Assembly: GCA_036351155.1 (NCBI GenBank)
Contig: JAZBOO010000042.1
Coordinates: 1 to 18,664, forward strand
Length of the DNA stretch: 18,664 nucleotides
Reading direction: 5' to 3'
From: Candidatus Krumholzibacteriia bacterium
GTDB lineage: Bacteria; Krumholzibacteriota; Krumholzibacteriia; LZORAL124-64-63
Shown here: piece after piece, positions 8,565 through 15,625 of the stretch
Layout of the letters: every line of letters starts with the position of its first letter
Numbering within the stretch: the stretch's first letter is position 1
The notes under the pieces: model-generated
Seen by the model: the letters and a program-made list of their open reading frames with translations, nothing else
The model's database searches: none
Told to the model about the DNA's origin: nothing
Made by a program: the position numbers and the translations under genes

Positions 8565-9335
8565 CTACTGGCCTCCACCTTCGGTCGCCGGAGGGGGCGG
8601 CGGCGTGGCCGCTTCGGGCATCACGAAGATGCTGTCGTCCACCTCGACATCATGCTCGATGGTCTCGAACGCGATGCTGTTGGCCACCATATCGCCCATG
8701 CGGGTTTCGATGGCGAAGGGCGTGATCATGCCATCGACATCCTGGTAGTCGCTCATGTAGGTCTGCGACTCGATGATGTTCTCGTCCATCTTCACGGTCG
8801 AGGCCTGCTTGATGACCAGGAAGTACTCCTTGTCGAAGAAGTAGTCCATGACGATGTCCTCATGGGTGTCGACGCGCAACCGGTAGCAGGGCGTGCCCTC
8901 GACATCCTCTTCACCCATGTACTCCATGGTGTAGCCGCGCTTCTTGAACGAGCGAAGGCCATCCATATCCGCCTGCATCTTGAAGCTCTTGTTCTCGAAC
9001 TCACCCATGAGCTGGGGGTCGGTCGAGCCCATCATGGGATTGATGGACCAGCCATGGTCGCCGTCGTAGGCCTGGATCATGGTCATGCCCATGACCTCGG
9101 CCTCGATGCGCAGCAGGTTGGGACGCTTCTGGATCATGGAGAACGGGAACTCCATGCCCTGGGTCATGAACTTGCCGATGACCTTGGTGGATTGCACGGC
9201 ATCGAGCTTCTTTGCGCCGCCCGAGGCCTCCACGTGCTTGGCAATCAGTTCATCCACATCCATGGCCTGGCTGGGCACGGCCACCGTGCACAGGGCAAAA
9301 ATGAGAGTCAACATGGCAAAACATGACTTCTTCAT
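8565..9335 (-). CDS. Exported LolA-like / outer-membrane lipoprotein-sorting family protein
   Basis: Start corrected to ATG 9335 (AAGGAG 8 nt upstream), giving 256 aa. Signal peptide MKKSCFAMLTLIFALCTVAVPSQA, then DELIAKHVEASGG, KRPNLLRIE, QAYDGDHGW, GEEDVEGTPCY, YFFDKEYFLV and SDYQDVDGMITPF, a pattern typical of this LolA-fold family. Pro-rich tail. Confidence 0.7.
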   Translation of the reverse strand: MKKSCFAMLTLIFALCTVAVPSQAMDVDELIAKHVEASGGAKKLDAVQSTKVIGKFMTQGMEFPFSMIQKRPNLLRIEAEVMGMTMIQAYDGDHGWSINPMMGSTDPQLMGEFENKSFKMQADMDGLRSFKKRGYTMEYMGEEDVEGTPCYRLRVDTHEDIVMDYFFDKEYFLVIKQASTVKMDENIIESQTYMSDYQDVDGMITPFAIETRMGDMVANSIAFETIEHDVEVDDSIFVMPEAATPPPPPATEGGGQ

Positions 9336-9401
9336 GTCATGGTCTCCTTCGTTTAATAAGAATGGGAGAGCCTCCCCCTTGGAAGCTTTCAACAGAACTG
9401 G

Positions 9402-9427
9402 TACGAATACCCTGGAAAGCAGTTTCA
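9402..9427 (-). promoter_or_regulatory. Candidate ECF sigma factor (SigW-type) promoter
   Basis: Minus strand TGAAAC (9427-9422) - exactly 16 nt - CGTA (9405-9402), about 67 nt upstream of the 9335 start. Confidence 0.55.
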
Positions 9428-9467
9428 TATTCGGGGGAGATTTTGGGAAGAGGAGTTTTTCAGGCGA

Positions 9468-10199
9468 TCAATGCCCCCGCAGCAGGCGATCACCCAGGAT
9501 CCTGGGCAAACCGGCTTCGAGGATGGCGTCCCGAGCGGCTTCCACATCGTACTCGGCCTTCATCAGCCGTACGGTTCCCGCTTCGCGGTCCCACAGGGCA
9601 AAGGAGGCGCGCGGGTCGCCGTCGCGGGGCTGGCCCACGCTGCCCGGATTGATCATGATGCGCTTGTCGGGAGCACAGATGAAGGGCTGCTCGGGGGTGA
9701 AGATGTGACTGTGTCCGTCATGGAACGCGGGCACATGGGTGTGACCGAAGAAGCACAGCCCGGGCCCCATGCGGTCCATGACCTCGGTGGACGCCGCCCC
9801 GATCTGCGCCTCGTTGATCAGATAGGTGTCCTGGTATTCGGGGGAACCGTGGATCAGCAGGCAGCCGCGACGCCCTTTCAGCTGCTCGGGCAGGTCGGCC
9901 AGGAACTGAAGATGATCTTCGCTGAGCAGACCCCGATTGTGTTCGGCCGCCAGATGGGAAACCGATGAGTAGTTCAGACCGGGGTTCTGCCGGGTGATCA
10001 AGGAGTCGTGATTTCCCTGAATACAACGCACATCGTTGCTGCGCAGAAGGTCGATCACCTCGACCGGCTGAGCGCCGTAGCCCGCGATGTCACCCAGGCA
10101 AAGGTACTCGTCGCACCCCTCGCGGACAGCAATCTCCATGACCGCCGTCAAGGCGGGCAGATTGCTGTGAAGATCTGAAATGACTAAGGAAATTGACAT
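9468..10199 (-). CDS. Calcineurin-like metallophosphoesterase family protein
   Basis: Motifs SDLHSN, LGDIAGYG, QGNHD, IHGSP, FGHTHVP and NPGSVGQPRDGDPRAS. Confidence 0.92.
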   Translation of the reverse strand: MSISLVISDLHSNLPALTAVMEIAVREGCDEYLCLGDIAGYGAQPVEVIDLLRSNDVRCIQGNHDSLITRQNPGLNYSSVSHLAAEHNRGLLSEDHLQFLADLPEQLKGRRGCLLIHGSPEYQDTYLINEAQIGAASTEVMDRMGPGLCFFGHTHVPAFHDGHSHIFTPEQPFICAPDKRIMINPGSVGQPRDGDPRASFALWDREAGTVRLMKAEYDVEAARDAILEAGLPRILGDRLLRGH

Positions 10200-10339
10200 G
10201 TTTCGTTCCTGGTTGAGTGATTCCCCGAAGCCAACAGTCTAATACAGTGTCTGCCAGTCAACAACCCATCCAGTTGACGTGGGCACCGGGATGCCTGATT
10301 CTCCTGAACAACATAACTCCCTGGAGGAAAGGAAGTGTC

Positions 10340-12013
10340 GTGCGGAACTTGTTGTTTTTGGTCCTCGTGATCGTGTCGCTGGGAACTGTTCTGGGCTGTG
10401 GAGAGAAGATCCCGCCCGAACCCGGAGTCACCGCTCGCGAGCTGGTCGGTGCCGAGAAAGTGGCCGGCCTGCCGCTGACCGATGAAGAGCGCGCGCTCAT
10501 GCTGGACGACCTGGCCGGCAACCTCGAGGGGTTCCAGTCCATCCGCGCCCTGAAGCTCACCAATGACGTGCGGCCGGCTCTGTGCTTTGACCCCGAACTG
10601 GTCACGGGGCCTCCGGTTGACCTGAGCGAGCGTCCTTCGACCTGGTCGGATCCAGGGGCTGTGGCCATGCCGGAAAACCCGGACGATCTGGCCTTCTACA
10701 CCGTGGCCCAGCTGGGCGCCCTGATCCGCACGCGGCAGATCAGCTGTGAAGAGCTGGCCCGTTTTTCGCTGGATCGCTTTGCGCGATTTGACCCGCAGCT
10801 TCTGTGCACGGTGACCCTCCTGGAAGAGCGTGCACTGACCCGCGCCCGCGAGCTGGATGATCTGCTGGATGCCGGCCAGTACCTGGGTCCCTTGCACGGC
10901 ATTCCCTACGGGGCCAAGGACCTGCTGGCCGTGGCCGGCGCACCCACCACCTGGGGAGCCGAGCCCTACCGCGATCAGGTCCTCGACCAGACCGCCACCC
11001 TGGTGACCCGGCTTGACCAGGCCGGGGCCGTCCTGGTGGCCAAGCTCACTCTGGGGGCCCTGGCCTGGGGCGATGTGTGGTTCGGCGGCATGACCCGCAA
11101 CCCCTGGAACCTGGAACAGGGCAGCAGCGGTTCGTCGGCCGGTTCGGCCAGCGCGGTGGCCGCCGGGCTGGTGCCGTTTGCCATCGGCACCGAAACCCTG
11201 GGCAGCATCGTCTCGCCCAGCACCCGCTGCGGCACCACCGGCCTGCGCCCCACGTTCGGCCGGGTCAGCAAGGCCGGCGCCATGGCCCTGAGCTGGAGCA
11301 TGGACAAGATCGGGCCCATCACCCGCGCGGCCGAGGACTGTGGACTTGTGCTGGATGTCATCCGCGGCGCCGATCCCGCCGATCCCACCTCGGTGGACCG
11401 CCCCTTCAGCTATGCGCCGGAGGTGGACTGGTCACGGCTGCGGATCGCTTACCTGGCCGATGATTTCGATGAGGATTACCCCGGCCGCGACCTGGATGCC
11501 GCGGCCCTGCAAGTGCTGCGCAATCTGGGCGCCCAGCTGGTGCCTCTGGAACTGCCGCTGCAAGAGCGGGGACTGGATCCCTACGCCATCAGCACCGTGC
11601 TGTCCGTGGAGGCCGCCGCCGCGTTCCAGGAACTGACCCTGAGCGGGCGCGACGATCTGCTCACCCGCCAGGTTCGCTACGCCTGGCCCAATGTGTTCCG
11701 CGGGGCCTACTTCGTGCCGGCCGTGGAGTACGTGCAGGCCAACCGCGCGCGGGTTCAGTTGATGCAGATGATGGCCGAGGTTTTTGATGAGTTCGACCTG
11801 TACGTCACACCCTCTCTGTACAGCAGCAGCCTGACGATCACCAACCTGACGGGTCATCCGCAGGTGGTCATGCCGGCGGGGTTTTTGGAGGCCAATGCGC
11901 CCCACAGCATCAGTCTGGTGGGTGACCTTTACGACGAGGCCACCTTGCTGGCCGTGGCGCGAGCCTACCAGGAGGCGACCGGGTGGGATGAGAGTCATCC
12001 CGAGGGGTTCTAG
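10340..12013 (+). CDS. Amidase-signature family amidase, predicted lipoprotein
   Basis: Likely GTG start at 10340 (AAAGGAA upstream), giving 557 aa. N-terminus MRNLLFLVLVIVSLGTVLG-C looks like a lipoprotein signal. GPLHGIPYGAKD (Lys), GSSGSSAGSAS and GTETLGSIVSPS supply the Ser-cisSer-Lys triad. Confidence 0.9.
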   Translation: MRNLLFLVLVIVSLGTVLGCGEKIPPEPGVTARELVGAEKVAGLPLTDEERALMLDDLAGNLEGFQSIRALKLTNDVRPALCFDPELVTGPPVDLSERPSTWSDPGAVAMPENPDDLAFYTVAQLGALIRTRQISCEELARFSLDRFARFDPQLLCTVTLLEERALTRARELDDLLDAGQYLGPLHGIPYGAKDLLAVAGAPTTWGAEPYRDQVLDQTATLVTRLDQAGAVLVAKLTLGALAWGDVWFGGMTRNPWNLEQGSSGSSAGSASAVAAGLVPFAIGTETLGSIVSPSTRCGTTGLRPTFGRVSKAGAMALSWSMDKIGPITRAAEDCGLVLDVIRGADPADPTSVDRPFSYAPEVDWSRLRIAYLADDFDEDYPGRDLDAAALQVLRNLGAQLVPLELPLQERGLDPYAISTVLSVEAAAAFQELTLSGRDDLLTRQVRYAWPNVFRGAYFVPAVEYVQANRARVQLMQMMAEVFDEFDLYVTPSLYSSSLTITNLTGHPQVVMPAGFLEANAPHSISLVGDLYDEATLLAVARAYQEATGWDESHPEGF

Positions 12014-12043
12014 GGCTTAAACCGCTGTTGCGCAATGGGTTAT

Positions 12044-12063
12044 TTTTCCAACTAGTTGGAAAA
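12044..12063. repeat. Perfect 20-bp palindrome, copy 1 (upstream of the HNH gene promoter)
   Basis: TTTTCCAACTAGTTGGAAAA is exactly self-complementary. Confidence 0.9.
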
Positions 12064-12104
12064 TGAGGGGTGGCGACAGTGATGAAGTTTTTGTGTTTTT
12101 TTAC

Positions 12105-12133
12105 TTGTCTGTTCGTCTTTATTTCGCTATACT
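12105..12133 (+). promoter_or_regulatory. sigma70-type promoter of the HNH endonuclease gene
   Basis: TTGTCT (12105-12110) - 17 nt - TATACT (12128-12133), with a T-rich UP-like tract upstream; ATG is 40 nt downstream. Confidence 0.65.
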
Positions 12134-12173
12134 GATCCAGCCTCCCAAAGGCTTCAAGATCAAGGATAGCGCT

Positions 12174-13628
12174 ATGTTGCGGTTTATTAAGGGATTGCCT
12201 GCCAAGGACGCCGACCTCCACCTTAAAAAGGCCAACCACGCCATGGAAATGGCACGCCAGAACGCCATTCTCTGGTTTGGCGAGATTCTCGGGCGCAAGC
12301 TCTACCGCGACCTGGGGTACTCCTCCATGCCGCTCTACGCGCAGCAGGAGCTGGGCTGGAGCCAGTCGAAGGCCTACGACTTCATGAAGATCTGCGAGAA
12401 GCTGGACGAGTTGCCCGCCGTGAAGAAAAAGGTCGAGGAGGGGAAGCTGGGTTATGGCCGGACGCGCACCATTGTCGCGGTGGCCAGCCCGGAGACCGAG
12501 AAGGAGTGGGTGGATCTGGCGTTGACCCAATCCCACACCAAGCTGAAAGAAAAAGTGAAGAAGGCCAGGCGGCGTGCCGCCGAGGTGGCGTCGAGGCAGG
12601 TCGCGTTTCTTCCCGAGGAGCCGGTGCCCGCTGCAGCGGTCCCCCAGCGCGTCACCCTGGAAATGACCCCCACCCAGCTGGCCCGCTACGAGGCGCTGTG
12701 GGAGAAGCTGCGCAAGCAGGGCGGGCTGCCTGCCGACAAGGTCGAGGCGCTCCTGGTCTTGATGCAGTCTGGTGTTTCCAACCAGTTGGAAAACTCCGCG
12801 GCGCCCCCGGTCCAGATCCACGTGCACCAGTGTCCGGACTGCGAGAAGGCCACGGTCCAGACTGCGCGCGGCGAGCTCGTGCTTTCATCCGAGGAGACCG
12901 AGCGCATCGCTTGCGACACCCAGATCAGCGAACCCGGCCACCGCAACACCACCACCATTCCCCCGAAAACGCGGCGCCTGGTCCTCGCCCGCGACCGCCA
13001 CCGCTGCCAGACTCCCGGCTGCCCCCACACCCACTTCCTGGAGATCCACCACATGATCCCCCGCGCCCGGGGCGGCACCAACACCCCCGACAATCTGACC
13101 ACGCTGTGCAGCGCGTGCCATGCACTGGTGCATCAGCGCAAAGGCAGGGTCAGGGAAATCGAGCCCATCTACGGGGACGGGGAATCAGATCACGCTTTGC
13201 ATGCTGGTGAGTTCCTGCCGGATCTCGGTGGCCAGGTCCAGGGCGGAATCCTGGTGCAAGGCCGTGGCCTCCGTGATCAGTTCGCCCAGGAGGGCCACGA
13301 TGGCCTCGGAGTGGATGTGCCGGGCTTCGCTTTCCAGATGGCGGGCTTCGGCGGTCGCAAAATCGAAGTCGTAGTTCTGGAGCGCCCCGATGACCAGGTT
13401 GAGACGATTGCGCGCGCCGGCCATGAACTGGTCCAGGACGTCGGTGGCCATGCCCACATCCCCTTCGGTGTTGTGGATCAGTGGAGCCATGGAGAAGCCC
13501 GAGTCCCCCTCTTCCTCGCAAGGGTCAAGAACCCGGAGCATGGCCTTGCCGATGAGCTCGGTGGTGACGGGCTTGGGCACATAATCATTCATCCCGGCCG
13601 CCAGACATCTTGTCCTGTCTTCGCGTGA
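12174..13628 (+). CDS. HNH endonuclease with a long N-terminal helical (DUF222/13E12-like) region; recognisable protein ends near 13175 but the frame stays open to 13628
   Basis: ATG 12174 with AAGGA RBS. N-terminal LYRDLGYSSMPLYAQQELGWSQSKAYDF (HTH-like), central HQCPDC...RIACD and C-terminal IPPKTRRLVLARDRHRCQTPGC...LEIHHMIPRARGGTNTPDNLTTLCSACHALVH (HNH with Zn-binding Cys pairs). The last 148 codons are antisense to the convergent kinase gene. Confidence 0.85.
   Translation: MLRFIKGLPAKDADLHLKKANHAMEMARQNAILWFGEILGRKLYRDLGYSSMPLYAQQELGWSQSKAYDFMKICEKLDELPAVKKKVEEGKLGYGRTRTIVAVASPETEKEWVDLALTQSHTKLKEKVKKARRRAAEVASRQVAFLPEEPVPAAAVPQRVTLEMTPTQLARYEALWEKLRKQGGLPADKVEALLVLMQSGVSNQLENSAAPPVQIHVHQCPDCEKATVQTARGELVLSSEETERIACDTQISEPGHRNTTTIPPKTRRLVLARDRHRCQTPGCPHTHFLEIHHMIPRARGGTNTPDNLTTLCSACHALVHQRKGRVREIEPIYGDGESDHALHAGEFLPDLGGQVQGGILVQGRGLRDQFAQEGHDGLGVDVPGFAFQMAGFGGRKIEVVVLERPDDQVETIARAGHELVQDVGGHAHIPFGVVDQWSHGEARVPLFLARVKNPEHGLADELGGDGLGHIIIHPGRQTSCPVFA
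12774..12793. repeat. 20-bp palindrome, copy 2, inside the HNH coding sequence
   Basis: GTTTCCAACCAGTTGGAAAA, 18/20 identical to 12044-12063; translated as V-S-N-Q-L-E-N. Confidence 0.88.
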
Positions 13629-15296
13629 GGCGTGGGCGGTCATCGCGATCACCGGAACGTTGCGATTCAGCTCGCCCGCCTTGCCGCGCCGGAGGCTGCC
13701 CACGGCTTCCAGGCCGTCCATCTCGGGCATCTGGAGGTCCATGAAAACCAGCCCGTAGGCGTTCCTGGAAAGGGCTTCCAGGGCCAGAAGGCCGTTGTCT
13801 GCGGTTTCACATTCACAGCCCAGCTTGGCCAGCATGCCCTGGGCCACGCGCTGGTTCAGCTTGTTGTCCTCCACCAGGAGAATGCGCAGGCTCTGGGCGT
13901 CCAGCTTGGCCAGGGCCTCGCGTGAGGTCGATTCCTGGTGATGGCACTTCTGGTCTTCGATCTGCTGAGGCGAAGCTTTGCCGAAGTGTGCGGTGAAGAA
14001 GAAAGTGGAGCCTTCGCCCTCGGCGCTGGACACTTCCAGTTCACCGCCCATCTTGCGCACGAGCTTGCTGGAAATGTTCAGACCCAGGCCGGTGCCCCCG
14101 AACTTGCGGGTGATGCTGGTGTCTGCCTGCGTGAAGGCCTTGAACATGTTTTGCTGGTGCTTCTTGGCGATGCCCATGCCGGTGTCGCGCACGGCAAAGC
14201 GTACCGAGTAGCGGTGACCATTCAGGGCCTCCTTGGTCACCTCGAGGGCCACCGAGCCCTTGTTGGTGAACTTCAGGGCGTTGCCGATCAGGTTGACCAG
14301 AACCTGGCGCAGGCGGCCAGGATCGCCGATCACAAATTCCGGCAGATCGGAGTCCACCTCCAGGGCCAGGTCCAGACCCAGGTCCCGGGCCTGGAAGCTG
14401 AAGGTTTCCAGGACCTTCTGGACCAGGTCGGGCAGAACGAAGACGACCTGTTCCAGTTCGAGGCGGCCCGCCTCCATCTTGGAGAAGTCGAGAATGTCGT
14501 TGATGATGGTGCCCAGGGTTCCGGCGCTGCGGGAAATGACCTCGGCCGTTTCCTTTTCCTTGTCGCCCAGGTCCATGTCCAGCAACAGATCCAGCAGGCC
14601 CATGACGGCGTTCAAGGGGGTGCGAATTTCGTGCGTCATGTTGGCCAGGAACACGCTCTTGGCCTGGTTGGCTTGCTCGGCTTCCGCCGCATGGCGGTTG
14701 GCCTGGCGGCTGGCCCTTTCCAGCTCGGCGTTGGACAGACGGATTTCCTCGGTACGCTGCTCGACCCTTTTTTCCAGGGTTTCGTTGAGGGCCCGGAGGT
14801 CCTCCTCCACTTCCACCTGCTTGGTGATGTCGCGGGCAAAGCCGACCACCAGATGTTCGTGAGGAGCCGGCAGGGTGTTGGCCGAAATGCTGACGTGCAC
14901 CTCGTGGCCGTCACTGGCCAGCATGCGGGTGCGCATGTTGCTGATGCCACCGGTTTTCAGGATTTCCTTGAAGGCGATGTGCAGGTCGTCGTGGACATCC
15001 TCAGGGAACAGCGACAGCTGGGACTGACCCCGCAGCTCTTCGGCCGGCCGCCCCACCAGCTTGCCGGCACCTTCGTTCACGTTGCGCAACGTGCCGGTGT
15101 CGACTTCCACCACGAAAATGCCGTCGCAGCTGTGCTCGATCACCTCTTCGAACAGATTGCGTTGTTCTCGAAGACGGTGGGCTTCACTGATCAGGCCATC
15201 GAATCGCTCGATCACATCGAGCTGGGCCTGTTCGAAACCTTCGATCAGGTGTTCAAATGTTTCCTTGGGCGATGAAACTGTTTCCCTCATGACCAT
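13185..15296 (-). CDS. Cytoplasmic hybrid sensor histidine kinase (PAS-HisKA-HATPase-REC-degenerate Hpt)
   Basis: PAS (DGIFVV...NVNEGAGKLVG...FARDIT), H-box FLANMTHEIRTPLN, DPGRLRQVLVNLIGNALKFT, DTGMGI, FTQADTSITRKFGGTGLGL, receiver (LVEDNKLN, FMDLQMPEMDG, AMTAHA, VPKP) and a C-terminal Hpt-like helical domain. The start may be 15290. Confidence 0.93.
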   Translation of the reverse strand: MVMRETVSSPKETFEHLIEGFEQAQLDVIERFDGLISEAHRLREQRNLFEEVIEHSCDGIFVVEVDTGTLRNVNEGAGKLVGRPAEELRGQSQLSLFPEDVHDDLHIAFKEILKTGGISNMRTRMLASDGHEVHVSISANTLPAPHEHLVVGFARDITKQVEVEEDLRALNETLEKRVEQRTEEIRLSNAELERASRQANRHAAEAEQANQAKSVFLANMTHEIRTPLNAVMGLLDLLLDMDLGDKEKETAEVISRSAGTLGTIINDILDFSKMEAGRLELEQVVFVLPDLVQKVLETFSFQARDLGLDLALEVDSDLPEFVIGDPGRLRQVLVNLIGNALKFTNKGSVALEVTKEALNGHRYSVRFAVRDTGMGIAKKHQQNMFKAFTQADTSITRKFGGTGLGLNISSKLVRKMGGELEVSSAEGEGSTFFFTAHFGKASPQQIEDQKCHHQESTSREALAKLDAQSLRILLVEDNKLNQRVAQGMLAKLGCECETADNGLLALEALSRNAYGLVFMDLQMPEMDGLEAVGSLRRGKAGELNRNVPVIAMTAHASREDRTRCLAAGMNDYVPKPVTTELIGKAMLRVLDPCEEEGDSGFSMAPLIHNTEGDVGMATDVLDQFMAGARNRLNLVIGALQNYDFDFATAEARHLESEARHIHSEAIVALLGELITEATALHQDSALDLATEIRQELTSMQSVI

Positions 15297-15350
15297 CCGA
15301 TCTCATCCACATACAGATATCCCTCATAAGTGCGCTTTCCCTCACTCTTT

Positions 15351-15377
15351 AGATCGGCCCGGTAATGGAAAACTGAA
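15351..15377 (-). promoter_or_regulatory. Candidate sigma28 (FliA-type) promoter
   Basis: Minus strand TTCAGTTT-N11-GCCGATCT versus consensus TAAAGTTT-N11-GCCGATAA (6/8 and 6/8, exact spacing), about 55 nt upstream of the kinase start. Confidence 0.4.
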
Positions 15378-15397
15378 GTCAAAAAAAGGAAGAGAAA

Positions 15398-15625
15398 TCA
15401 GGAGGACGTGGGTCGGGAAGACCCCTCTGACGGGCAGGAAAAATCCAGGGAGTCCAGGGTCTGGAGTTGTTGGGGCCCAGCCCCGGCGGCGGGGCACTTG
15501 CCGGACTCCGAGCAGGAAGAACAGCCGGACTTCTGGCCACGGGAGCGCCAGATGGCCCGTCCGGCCCACAGGGCCGCCACGGTCACGATCACGCCCACGG
15601 CAATATTTTCGATCAGAGGGGTCAT
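15398..15625 (-). CDS. FeoB-associated small Cys-rich membrane protein
   Basis: 75 aa, MTPLIENIAVGVIVTVAALWAGRAIWRSRGQKSGCSSCSESGKCP...: one TM helix followed by CxxC-x5-C. TGATG overlap with the feoB stop and a GGAGG RBS. GTG 15628 is an alternative start. Confidence 0.8.
   Translation of the reverse strand: MTPLIENIAVGVIVTVAALWAGRAIWRSRGQKSGCSSCSESGKCPAAGAGPQQLQTLDSLDFSCPSEGSSRPTSS

Noticed and set aside
9336..9428. ORF-track N-terminal extension of the LolA-like gene (and similar extensions at 10217, 12063, 15781 and 18203)
   Set aside because: Downstream starts have better RBSs or translational coupling and restore signal peptides or domain boundaries; the extensions overlap promoters or neighbouring genes.
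10257..10278. GTCAAC-N10-GTTGAC inverted repeat between the phosphoesterase and amidase genes
   Set aside because: Could be back-to-back -35 hexamers of divergent promoters, but no convincing -10 at the right spacing; 6-bp arms are too weak to call.
10340..12013. Calling the amidase gatA
   Set aside because: It has an export signal and no adjacent gatC/gatB; only the general amidase signature is supported.
15281..15345. Three TCCCTCA copies around the kinase start
   Set aside because: 7-mers with irregular spacing, one inside the coding sequence; compatible with chance.
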